This document shows positions 1 to 8,200 of a DNA stretch of 64,000 nt, in pieces (the stretch's first letter is position 1; each line of letters starts with the position of its first letter). The notes under the pieces were generated by a model. The model had not been told where the DNA came from. It searched no databases and saw only the letters and a list, made by a program, of their open reading frames with translations. Position numbers and translations under genes: made by a program. The DNA comes from a virus. Its lineage: Duplodnaviria; Caudoviricetes. The DNA is taken from the IMG/VR virus record IMGVR_UViG_3300010167_000013. One strand, 5' to 3'.

Positions 1-6
1 GCTGGC

Positions 7-1722
7 ATGTTGAAACAATCCACAAGAAGAGTACAAGCAAGGATAAATGATACTAATCTTGTTGCGAATGTGTGGAAGAAAATGACTTTCACGTTTATTA
101 ATGGTGAAGTTGGGATGCTGCAGGGAGATAGATTTGTAGCCCCTGTTACCGGGCTGTATGTTTTCAGTGCGTCATCTCCTGCAGCGTCATCTACCGCCGA
201 TACCTCATCTCGTGTGACATATAATTTGGATGATGTTAGTATTCCGGCAACTACTTACAGTTATATGAGAAATTCTAGTTCAAGCAATATGCCCAGTAAT
301 GTGCTATGCCGATGGATGGAGCAAGGGGATTACCTCGCATATCATTTATTGGCAAGTTCTGCACAGTCCAGCGTACATGCAGCTGGCTCATTTCCATCAA
401 TTGAATTTGCTCTCCTATACTCTGGTAATTTAACAGCTAATGACCTCTTCATAGGAGCTGTTGACAATGGTTTTGTAGGTGACTATGAGGATTGGAGTAA
501 ATCAGTTATCAGTAATTACGGGATGATTGTCAATATTGAGTATGCAAGTAATGACGACAACACAGCCACTGATGGTGCATCAAGTGCAACTGTAAATCGA
601 GAAAACGGAAGCTTGGGGATGAGAGCAACTCTTAGCAATTGGGTTATGAAATACTTGGATTGGCCTACACCAGTTAATCCGTTAACTGACATTATTGAGT
701 TACAATATTCAAATGACAGAGTTGCTTGGAGTATAGTTTCAGATTTATTTTACTTACCCCCTTCTACAGGTTCGCGTTTAATAGGAACAGGAACTACTTC
801 TTATGGGTTTGGTGTGTATGGCTATCATGCTGTAAATTTCGGTAGGTATCTTTATGCCACAACCAACTGGTCTACAATTACTGCCAACTGGTACTGGCGT
901 GTAGTGAAGAAAACATTTGCTAAAATCACCACCGAGGAATACGATATTCTAAAAAATCAAATATCATTGGGTAAAATGGCTATTGAGGGAGTACTACAAT
1001 CAGCATATTATGTAAATGGGGATACTGGAGTAGATGATTCGAAACATTATGGAATGACTGCAGATAAACCATGGAAGACAATACAATACGCAGTAGACAG
1101 AATTGCAGAAAAAGCTGCTCCGAATGGAACTAATACCTTGTATCTTGCCGATGGGATATATGAAGGTGGATGCGTGATAGATGGACTCAATCTGAATATT
1201 ACTGGAAATGAAATAAACCCATCTGCGGTTGTGATTACAAGTACTGACGATGGTGCACTACAATATATATCCAGTGCATTTGGGCGTGTTGCTGGAATAA
1301 GATTTGAAACCAATAATCCATCTGCAAGGACCCTACACTTTAGTCGCAATAGTGGAGGGTATATCGATTGGTGCTATTTCTATTCCCAAGATGCTAACAT
1401 GGACATCTGTGTCAATCAGTCAAATGTAGCTGTAAACACTGTTACCTTTGATGGACCAAAACGAAGTAGTTGCATTGGCGTTCTGGTTGGCGGAACATGT
1501 ATGGTAGGAGCAGAGCTATCATGGGCTAGTAATATGACAGTTTCGCAAATATTATATTCATATCGTGGCGGATTTATTACTGCTAACTATGACAACCCTA
1601 CAACTAAAACAATCACTGGTAAGAAATATGCTGTTCAGACTATGGGTAGAATACAAGGAGTAGCCAACTTACCAAATACAACAGCTGCAGGTACAACAGC
1701 TACAGGTGGTACAGTGGTTTAG
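7..1722 (+). CDS. Tail fibre / receptor-binding protein, probably 5'-truncated by the window edge
   Basis: The frame is open back to base 1. It has a C1q-like strand motif FVAPVTGLYVFSAS, then YYVNGDTGVDD...KPWKTIQYAVD followed by a pectin-lyase-like beta-helix region. XkdW/XkdX-like genes follow. Confidence 0.7.
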   Translation: MLKQSTRRVQARINDTNLVANVWKKMTFTFINGEVGMLQGDRFVAPVTGLYVFSASSPAASSTADTSSRVTYNLDDVSIPATTYSYMRNSSSSNMPSNVLCRWMEQGDYLAYHLLASSAQSSVHAAGSFPSIEFALLYSGNLTANDLFIGAVDNGFVGDYEDWSKSVISNYGMIVNIEYASNDDNTATDGASSATVNRENGSLGMRATLSNWVMKYLDWPTPVNPLTDIIELQYSNDRVAWSIVSDLFYLPPSTGSRLIGTGTTSYGFGVYGYHAVNFGRYLYATTNWSTITANWYWRVVKKTFAKITTEEYDILKNQISLGKMAIEGVLQSAYYVNGDTGVDDSKHYGMTADKPWKTIQYAVDRIAEKAAPNGTNTLYLADGIYEGGCVIDGLNLNITGNEINPSAVVITSTDDGALQYISSAFGRVAGIRFETNNPSARTLHFSRNSGGYIDWCYFYSQDANMDICVNQSNVAVNTVTFDGPKRSSCIGVLVGGTCMVGAELSWASNMTVSQILYSYRGGFITANYDNPTTKTITGKKYAVQTMGRIQGVANLPNTTAAGTTATGGTVV

Positions 1723-1742
1723 CGAATGGAGATGAATGATGA

Positions 1743-2015
1743 ATGATATTGCAGATAGATGGTGTAGTATACGATGATGTGCAATTCAACAAGGCACTTT
1801 TGATCCCAACAGAGAATGGATTCGATATTGAATTACTCAATGATGGGGAATCAGTACTGAAGTATCACGACATACCTGAATACGACATCACAAAATATGA
1901 AGTAATCGGTGGAGAGTTCTCTGCATATGAATCGGAAGAACAACAGATGAAACAAATCAGAGCTGATATAGATTACATTGCAATGATGGGAGGAGTGGAT
2001 CTAGATGTTCGATAA
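1743..2015 (+). CDS. Tail fibre assembly/chaperone-like protein (XkdW-like position)
   Basis: C-terminus QIRADIDYIAMMGGVDL is typical of small proteins lying between a fibre gene and xkdX. Confidence 0.55.
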   Translation: MILQIDGVVYDDVQFNKALLIPTENGFDIELLNDGESVLKYHDIPEYDITKYEVIGGEFSAYESEEQQMKQIRADIDYIAMMGGVDLDVR

Positions 2016-2154
2016 GGTCAAAGAATACTACGAGACAGGGTTATGGGGTCTGGGTAGAGTGAAGAACGCTGTAGCAAAAAAAGTACTTAGTCCTGAGGAA
2101 TACAAAAAAATCACAGGGTTGGAGTATTCCGCTGAGGAGGATACGAATGAATAA
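2005..2154 (+). CDS. xkdX: XkdX family protein (49 aa, absent from the ORF track)
   Basis: Hand translation MFDKVKEYYETGLWGLGRVKNAVAKKVLSPEEYKKITGLEYSAEEDTNE* fits the XkdX pattern (K.YY..GLW....V..AV....I..EEY..ITG..Y). RBS GGAG upstream. Confidence 0.8.
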   Translation: MFDKVKEYYETGLWGLGRVKNAVAKKVLSPEEYKKITGLEYSAEEDTNE

Positions 2155-3094
2155 AAAGATTAGGATCAAAGAGAGAATTAGAGCTAGTGACAATTGTCAT
2201 GGGTTCAGAGGAGAAATAATCTTCGGTAAGAACAAGAAAGTTGTTCCATACATAGATCCATTCGGAAATCAGTCGTACCGAACTGAATTCGAAGAGGTGT
2301 TGTATCGAGGAGAAAACATTGTTCCAATAGGCGCCTACCAATTCGTGTTCAATAAATTATTCAATATCGGACTTGATCAAGAGTCTACTCTCAGGGTTGG
2401 AGATCTGAATGATGAATCTCCAATGATGAAGATCGGAGTTCAGAGACCAGAATATCAATCGATTCACTACAACGCAGAAACTAGTATTAGTAATCCTTCA
2501 TCCATCATCAACCCAGGAATCAACATATCGGCACTAAATTATGTGTTTGGATTCATGATGGGAGATGGTGGTGCTAGAGAAGATAATACAACTGCAATTG
2601 CTCCTGACTACAAGAGGAGAACCCTATTCAGAGCTGTTCCATTCAGAATGAGTAATGATGGAACAACCCTACTTGGTGGACAGTACTTCGGCAAGGTTAC
2701 CACGTTTGCTGGATCTGCTGGAATGGACCCAATCACATCATACTTCGTGAAAAAGTTCGATTCTCCTCCTCCAAGGATAATACACGTTTGGGTTACCGAT
2801 AACCCAGGTGAAATGGCAATAGTGGACGATAGCGCATTCTCTTCAACATCAAGCATACCAATAGAGTCATATGTTGAGATGAACCTCTCAGTGAACCATG
2901 AAGATGGTAGGGGATTCTTCACATCTACTAATTCCACTCCTAGGATAAATGAATTTGGGTTGGTGAGTGGATGGTACAACTCAGCCAAGAACGACTATGA
3001 GTCATTGAGATTATTCACTCATTTCACTAGACCAAGTATATCTCTCTCAGAGGGAGATAGCATAGAGTCAGTATATCGTCTGTATAGTCGCTAA
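2147..3094 (+). CDS. Putative virion baseplate/tail-associated structural protein
   Basis: Coupled to the fibre operon. C-terminal pattern RINEFGLV...RLFTHF...IESVYRLY resembles tail-collar/baseplate proteins. Confidence 0.45.
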   Translation: MNKKIRIKERIRASDNCHGFRGEIIFGKNKKVVPYIDPFGNQSYRTEFEEVLYRGENIVPIGAYQFVFNKLFNIGLDQESTLRVGDLNDESPMMKIGVQRPEYQSIHYNAETSISNPSSIINPGINISALNYVFGFMMGDGGAREDNTTAIAPDYKRRTLFRAVPFRMSNDGTTLLGGQYFGKVTTFAGSAGMDPITSYFVKKFDSPPPRIIHVWVTDNPGEMAIVDDSAFSSTSSIPIESYVEMNLSVNHEDGRGFFTSTNSTPRINEFGLVSGWYNSAKNDYESLRLFTHFTRPSISLSEGDSIESVYRLYSR

Positions 3095-3097
3095 TAC

Positions 3098-3127
3098 ATA
3101 GAGGGTGGGCTATAGCCCACCCTCTAT
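3098..3127. terminator. Perfect palindrome, likely intrinsic terminator
   Basis: ATAGAGGGTGGGC-TATA-GCCCACCCTCTAT immediately after a stop codon. Confidence 0.7.
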
Positions 3128-3146
3128 AAACTTCTTTATAACCATC

Positions 3147-3158
3147 AACGTTCTAATA
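3147..3158 (+). promoter_or_regulatory. Putative late (AR9-type) promoter
   Basis: AACG-TTCTAA-TA, 25 nt before the ATG at 3184. The same spacing recurs before other structural genes. Confidence 0.45.
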
Positions 3159-3183
3159 TAATAGAGAAGGAGGAGAGGTTCTA

Positions 3184-3855
3184 ATGGATTTCAAGCGAGG
3201 AATAATCTCAAATGTGATGGATATACTATTACCACTAGCAGCAATCATCACCCTCATATTTTTGATAACAATCATCAGAATAAATATAGAAGCAGAACAG
3301 AAGATCGTTCAGCAGAGCTTCTATCAAATCACCGAATCTATTATAGAAAAGACGTGTGATAGTGATTGCTTCCAGAGCAGCACCATTCCAATATTGACAT
3401 CAATAAATAAGATAGATGCAATTGATATCTATGTGTATGACGAAGACATGAATATGATATCTCCAGCATCAGATGTTCAACTTGATATGGTACTGGATAT
3501 GAGCATAGGCAGTGAGTTGTATGACTTGGTTCTAAATTCGGTCGATGGAGATTTGATTGAGATCCACTACAAAGATGGGTATGATGTCTGGTTCCACTGG
3601 ATATACGTCCCAGTAATGGACAAAGAGTATCTATTTATTTACGGTCTTGATATGAGTAAGTTGGATTATACGTTCCCTCATGTACTCACGTATCTGGCAA
3701 CTTTCATAATTCTCGCTTATGCACTCAAGACAAACTTTGTTGACAAGATGATTTACATGAAGATTATGCAAGGTAGCCAGAAGAGATTGATCGACAATTT
3801 CTCTTACAGGAAATATGACGACATATACTCTAGTAAGCGAGAAGGAGGGAAATGA
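3184..3855 (+). CDS. Membrane protein with two TM helices flanking an extracytoplasmic domain
   Basis: Hydrophobic segments ILLPLAAIITLIFLITII and VLTYLATFIILAYAL. Strong RBS. Confidence 0.6.
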   Translation: MDFKRGIISNVMDILLPLAAIITLIFLITIIRINIEAEQKIVQQSFYQITESIIEKTCDSDCFQSSTIPILTSINKIDAIDIYVYDEDMNMISPASDVQLDMVLDMSIGSELYDLVLNSVDGDLIEIHYKDGYDVWFHWIYVPVMDKEYLFIYGLDMSKLDYTFPHVLTYLATFIILAYALKTNFVDKMIYMKIMQGSQKRLIDNFSYRKYDDIYSSKREGGK

Positions 3856-4271
3856 CGATGGATCCTACTATTGCAACTGTTCTAATCACAGTTATTACCG
3901 GTGTATTCTCAGTAATAACGGTAAAGATTCAGAAGAACCAATCCCAATTAATCAAAAAGATTGATGAACAAACAATATTCATTGACAAGGAAAAAGCACT
4001 ACGGCAAAAGTTAGTTCAAGCGGAAAAGAAAAGAGACAGCATCATCGAACAGATGACAATACTGTCGATGAGAATAAACATTCACTTGGTAAATGCTCTA
4101 CATGAAGTAGATGAAAGAATAGTACGTGATCTGAAACAAACATCAGTTGAACTGGAAAGCTCCTACAAGGAAGCCTCTGATACCATCAAAGATATTTCCA
4201 AGGAATATGATTTGTTGATCAACATGTCAAATGAGTTTCAAAAAGGATTTGACAAGGCAGATAAAAAATGA
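3852..4271 (+). CDS. Single-TM coiled-coil protein (holin-like)
   Basis: N-terminal TM IATVLITVITGVFSVITV followed by a coiled coil. ATGA overlap with the upstream gene. Confidence 0.45.
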   Translation: MTMDPTIATVLITVITGVFSVITVKIQKNQSQLIKKIDEQTIFIDKEKALRQKLVQAEKKRDSIIEQMTILSMRINIHLVNALHEVDERIVRDLKQTSVELESSYKEASDTIKDISKEYDLLINMSNEFQKGFDKADKK

Positions 4272-4310
4272 AAATATGAAGTACCGGGAATTCCCGGTAC
4301 TTCATATTTT
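4271..4310. terminator. Perfect 40-bp palindrome / terminator
   Basis: AAAATATGAAGTACCGGGAATTCCCGGTACTTCATATTTT. Confidence 0.7.
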
Positions 4311-4317
4311 TTCATTT

Positions 4318-4326
4318 ATATATTAT
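4318..4326 (+). promoter_or_regulatory. Putative early promoter ATATATTAT
   Basis: The same 9-mer precedes several accessory operons and resembles the phiKZ early motif TATATTAC. Confidence 0.55.
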
Positions 4327-4334
4327 TACTGTAC

Positions 4335-4420
4335 GGGGTTGGGATTATTCCAAACTATGGGTAAATGCCGTATTAAAAAGTTCTACGGTACAGACTCATA
4401 GATTAAAGTTATTCCAACTC
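4335..4420 (+). promoter_or_regulatory. Structured 5' leader (nested three-stem rod)
   Basis: GGGTTGGGA/TTCCAACTC, CTATGGGT/ACTCATAG and TGCCGTA/TACGGTA are nested. The G-U pairs work only on the + strand. Confidence 0.45.
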
Positions 4421-4447
4421 AAATATATTTAGAAGGAGTAGTGTGCT

Positions 4448-5011
4448 ATGAAGTCTGTCAAAGAAGTTTTGACAAAGGCAAAAGGTGCTGGTAATGAAGG
4501 CAAAACTGTTACCGGCAAAGGTTCTTTCTCTAAGGCTGGATTCGCAGAGAGAACCAATGCGTATGTGAACGACACTACGCACAAGGTTAAGGTGATGGGG
4601 AAAGATGGAAAAGAAACTTCCGTCAATCTCAGTGAGTTAATTCGTGCTGATCTGAAGAAGACAGTGGCGAATGCCAAGTATCCTCAAAAGTCAGAATTGG
4701 CTGTTCTGGATACTTGTGAAATATCCACTGCAGGTATGGCAGAAGCTATCCCTTACCTCGTCAGAGAAGAAATGAGAATTGGCAAGAAGTTCGATATTCC
4801 TGCCACTGGAGAAATGGGTGGTTCTATTTACTTGGCTCCTGTCAAGGGAAAGACCAAGACCGTTCAGGTTAGGGATATCAAAAGCAAGGAAGAACTTGGA
4901 ACCACCACTATTACCACCAAGGATTCTGTTCAGATCAGAGCTAAGAGTCCTGTCCCGAAACATCTTCAGACGAAAGTCAGAAAAGATAAGAACGGGAACG
5001 TTGTAAAATAA
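4448..5011 (+). CDS. Basic protein, possible HU/IHF-like DNA-binding protein
   Basis: Lys-rich. The C-terminal half (GKKFDIP...GSIYL...RDIKSKEELG...IRAKSP) loosely resembles the HU beta-arm. Confidence 0.4.
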   Translation: MKSVKEVLTKAKGAGNEGKTVTGKGSFSKAGFAERTNAYVNDTTHKVKVMGKDGKETSVNLSELIRADLKKTVANAKYPQKSELAVLDTCEISTAGMAEAIPYLVREEMRIGKKFDIPATGEMGGSIYLAPVKGKTKTVQVRDIKSKEELGTTTITTKDSVQIRAKSPVPKHLQTKVRKDKNGNVVK

Positions 5012-5051
5012 TCATTTGACGACATCCTAGTAAAGAAGGATGTGATGTCTA

Positions 5052-5363
5052 ATGGTCACCAATGACGAACTCTATACGTTATTCCCTCTTCCATCAACAA
5101 GTATTTCTACAGCAGGAATGCAGGATGGAATAATCTTGAAGTTCAAAACATTCTACCTGAAGATATATGACAGCGTGGAGGTTACATATAGGATTCAGGG
5201 ATTCAGATATCATGAACAGATCCCGGTATTTGAGAAGAATGTAAAAGTGCATCAGATGAGGGAATTTGCCAATCAATTCACAAAAGAGAACTACCTGCTT
5301 GAGTTCCAAGAACCATGCGATGATCCTTATTGTGTGATGATTGGGAACAGTGCTTTATGTTGA
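5052..5363 (+). CDS. Hypothetical protein
   Basis: ORF with RBS AAGGA, followed by a hairpin. Confidence 0.6.
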   Translation: MVTNDELYTLFPLPSTSISTAGMQDGIILKFKTFYLKIYDSVEVTYRIQGFRYHEQIPVFEKNVKVHQMREFANQFTKENYLLEFQEPCDDPYCVMIGNSALC

Positions 5364-5366
5364 TAA

Positions 5367-5399
5367 TAGGTGGGAGGGATACGACTTCCCTCCCACCTA
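5367..5399. terminator. Inverted repeat / terminator
   Basis: TAGGTGGGAGGGA...TCCCTCCCACCTA. Confidence 0.65.
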
Positions 5400-5420
5400 A
5401 TATTTTTAGAGGAGGACGTT

Positions 5421-6092
5421 ATGGGTAAAACTAAGAATATTGAGAGGAACGGGAATGGCACTTGTACCCTAGTATTCAAGGATGATGCTACCGGAGTAGA
5501 TGGAGTATTTGATCCTGGAGCGAATCAAATTTCATTGAAGATAGATGGAATGGGTATGGCCTCAATGTTACTTAGTAAACATTTCTTTGAGTTGTTGGAA
5601 GAGAATGATGTAGCAACTCATTACCAAGGATGTGATGTAGAACAAGGAAAAATGTTTGTAAATGAGCTGAAGATGTTCCCGATCGAATTCGTCTGGAGAG
5701 GAAGAGCATGGGGAAGCTTCTGCAAAACGTATGGGGTTAAACAAGGGAGCGATCTTGGACCAGGTGGAATTGTAGAAACCATGCTGAAGAGTGATGATCT
5801 TGGAGATCCTAGAATTCTCAGGGATTCTGCAATAGGTCTGAACCTAATATCAGGACACGATTATGACGATTGTATCAAACTTACATACGAGATAGCTAGA
5901 ATTCTCTCCATCGAGCTGAAGATGTATGGGTATGAGCTAATCGACTTCAAGGTTGAATTCGGTGTTGGAAACAATGGATGGATTGAATTAGGAGATGAAA
6001 TATCTGGTGGAATATGGAGAATCCTTAGTCACGATAACCCAGTAGATCCTATTGAGTCAGCCAAGGTTATATGTTCAGAATTTTATCGATAG
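5421..6092 (+). CDS. purC: SAICAR synthetase (PurC)-like protein
   Basis: Motifs GKTK, FKDDATG, PIEFVWRGRAWGS, KSDDLGDP, LIDFKVEFG, GDEIS. Start moved to ATG 5421 behind RBS GAGGAGG. Confidence 0.85.
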   Translation: MGKTKNIERNGNGTCTLVFKDDATGVDGVFDPGANQISLKIDGMGMASMLLSKHFFELLEENDVATHYQGCDVEQGKMFVNELKMFPIEFVWRGRAWGSFCKTYGVKQGSDLGPGGIVETMLKSDDLGDPRILRDSAIGLNLISGHDYDDCIKLTYEIARILSIELKMYGYELIDFKVEFGVGNNGWIELGDEISGGIWRILSHDNPVDPIESAKVICSEFYR

Positions 6093-6102
6093 GAGGATTC
6101 CA

Positions 6103-6558
6103 ATGGTAAATACCAGAGTATTCAGCTGTTTTCCTGGAACTGGAAAATCCTGGGTATATGAACACCGAGCTAAGTTCTATCTAAACATCCTAGACTCTGA
6201 CAGTAGTACATTCTCATGGATATCTCCGGGAGTTAGAAATCCCGAGTTTCCTAATAACTATATGAAGCACATCAAAGGCAACATCGGTTACGCTGATATA
6301 ATCCTGGTCAGTTCTCACGAGGTCGTAAGGAAAGCTCTAAAAGAGAATGATCTGAGATATGATATCGTGTATCCTCATATCTGTTCCAAAGAACTCTACA
6401 TGGAAAGATATTTGGATAGAGGTAACGATGAAGAGTTCATAAAACTACTCTGGCTCAATTGGAATACTTGGATACAATCGATTCAAATAGATGAATATCC
6501 AATCCAGCATGTGTTGCCAGGTGATTTATACCTAAGCGATCTATTACTAAGGCTTTGA
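6103..6558 (+). CDS. P-loop NTPase / putative nucleotide kinase
   Basis: N-terminal Walker A CFPGTGKS and later ERYLDRGN. Start at 6103 behind AGGAGG. Confidence 0.65.
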   Translation: MVNTRVFSCFPGTGKSWVYEHRAKFYLNILDSDSSTFSWISPGVRNPEFPNNYMKHIKGNIGYADIILVSSHEVVRKALKENDLRYDIVYPHICSKELYMERYLDRGNDEEFIKLLWLNWNTWIQSIQIDEYPIQHVLPGDLYLSDLLLRL

Positions 6559-6562
6559 AGGA

Positions 6563-6994
6563 GTGAAACGTGTGATAAGACGTAAAAGAAGACCTCATGA
6601 CATTCCAGAGACAATCATAGGAAAGAACGTTACGATTGACGCTGCATGTCTCAAGGGACCTAACACATCGGAAGGGTCAATTCGTATCGATGGATCTTTT
6701 CGCGGAAACATCGATATTAAAAATACTCTTGTAATTGGACCAAGTGGAGAAGTGATTGGAGATATTATCGCAGGACTAGTTATAGTTGCAGGATCCGTAG
6801 AAGGTAACATAATATCCGACTCAGCAATTCGCCTTACGTCTACATCAAGAATAGTAGGTAACATTGATACCATAACATTGATGGCAGATGAGAATTGTCA
6901 GATAACAGGTAGATGCAGAGTTGGATCATCATCAATATCAAACCAAAAGAGAGATGAGGAGATGGGAAGTGTAACTAATTATGAGGAATCGTGA
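6563..6994 (+). CDS. Bactofilin (polymer-forming cytoskeletal protein, CcmA-like)
   Basis: ETIIGKNVTI...IRIDGSFRGNI...LVIGPSGEVIGDI.AGLVIVAGSVEGNI...LTSTSRIVGNI...ITGRC is the bactofilin beta-solenoid repeat pattern. Confidence 0.85.
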   Translation: MKRVIRRKRRPHDIPETIIGKNVTIDAACLKGPNTSEGSIRIDGSFRGNIDIKNTLVIGPSGEVIGDIIAGLVIVAGSVEGNIISDSAIRLTSTSRIVGNIDTITLMADENCQITGRCRVGSSSISNQKRDEEMGSVTNYEES

Positions 6995-7118
6995 CACAAG
7001 TTTTACTTGCACACAAGATGAGAATGGGAAACTAACAACATTGGATGAATGTCACTACTGTGAAAGACGTAATAAATGCGACGTGTTCGCCATGATGCTG
7101 AATGATTTACAGGAGTGA
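6981..7118 (+). CDS. Small Cys-containing (possible Zn-binding) protein, 45 aa, absent from the ORF track
   Basis: MRNRDTSFTCTQDENGKLTTLDECHYCERRNKCDVFAMMLNDLQE* fills the gap in the operon. Confidence 0.5.
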   Translation: MRNRDTSFTCTQDENGKLTTLDECHYCERRNKCDVFAMMLNDLQE

Positions 7119-7147
7119 TCTCATTGGAGTTTCCAGGAGGGTAATGT

Positions 7148-7546
7148 ATGAAACGAACTGCAATACAAGCTACACTGTACGACCCCAAGATTCAACACTT
7201 CTTTGAGAATTGGGTTATCGAATCAAACCTGAAGATAAAGTTCAACGTTGCCACATACTACATTGAATCAAAAAAGAGGAATAAATTTATCCTACTATTG
7301 AAGATGATTGGATTCAAAAAGATTGTGGACGAAAGAAGAATTCTTCGGGTTCTGACAAATCAGCCCGGGTATCTTCATGGAAAAGATGGAGCGTTGTTCA
7401 ACAGATATCGTACCATATTTACTGACAAGAAACACGTTCGAGATATTGACGATGTTGTTGTGATTGAAGTCAAAGATCAAGAACGTATACTCAAGGGAGT
7501 AAAGCGAAAGATAAACGATATGAACATGGAGTTCCAAATTAAATAA
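7148..7546 (+). CDS. KH-domain-like RNA-binding protein
   Basis: VLTNQPGYLHGKDGALF resembles the type II KH signature of ribosomal protein S3 (I.T.RPG..IGK.G). Confidence 0.5.
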   Translation: MKRTAIQATLYDPKIQHFFENWVIESNLKIKFNVATYYIESKKRNKFILLLKMIGFKKIVDERRILRVLTNQPGYLHGKDGALFNRYRTIFTDKKHVRDIDDVVVIEVKDQERILKGVKRKINDMNMEFQIK

Positions 7547-7583
7547 AAAAATAAACCGTGGTAATCCCACGGTTTATTTTTTT
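7545..7583. terminator. Bidirectional terminator between convergent genes
   Basis: AAAAAATAAACCGTGG-TAATC-CCACGGTTTATTTTTT. Confidence 0.75.
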
Positions 7584-7584
7584 C

Positions 7585-7980
7585 TCAATAGTCTTCTTCC
7601 TCGTCGTCGTACAACTCATCTTCGAATTCTTTGATGAATTTTTCTTCGAGTCTGGCTTTCTTCTTTTTCTTCATTGAAGAGTTTACCATCAATGCTGTAG
7701 CAACGGTACCCAGCCCAATAAGGAATCTATTACGATTTCTTATTCTGTTCCGATGTACCCTTGTCAGAATAACGTCGATAGTTGCACGTTCCTCTTCTGG
7801 TACAACATCATCCAAGATGATGGCTTCTTGTCCTCTCCTGGAATCATTTAGATCAGGATTCCTCAGCTTCCTAATCACTTGATGGAAGTACCTCTCAGGT
7901 GGTGGAAGAAATCCTTGAGTGACATAATCGACTATGTCATTCGTCTTCTCAAATACAACCTTCTTTGGATTGACTAACAT
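7585..7980 (-). CDS. Hypothetical membrane-anchored protein
   Basis: One TM segment FLIGLGTVATALMV, then a Lys run and an acidic tail. Confidence 0.6.
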   Translation of the reverse strand: MLVNPKKVVFEKTNDIVDYVTQGFLPPPERYFHQVIRKLRNPDLNDSRRGQEAIILDDVVPEEERATIDVILTRVHRNRIRNRNRFLIGLGTVATALMVNSSMKKKKKARLEEKFIKEFEDELYDDEEEDY

Positions 7981-8020
7981 CCCACATTCACATCCTTTTC
8001 ATGAAATTTTATAAACTATG

Positions 8021-8200
8021 TATCACACACAAATAGAATATGGCATCCCTCTCAGGTTCCTGTGGTTAGACAGGCTATATTTCCGATATGCCCTATCGTA
8101 CTATTGTGCTTCTAATTTATTACTCCTAGTTCATTATTAAATATATTTTTATCCTATTAATCGTAATCCTTCTTTGAGAATATTTTTAGCAGCATTGTAG
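8021..8200 (-). ncRNA. TnpB omegaRNA (reRNA) with 3' guide TATTCTATTTGTGTGTGATA
   Basis: Downstream of tnpB: GTACGATAGGGCATATCGGAAATATAGCCTGT...CAGGAACCTGAGAGGGATGCCA fits the usual IS605 right-end scaffold pattern. The 5' boundary is approximate. Confidence 0.6.
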
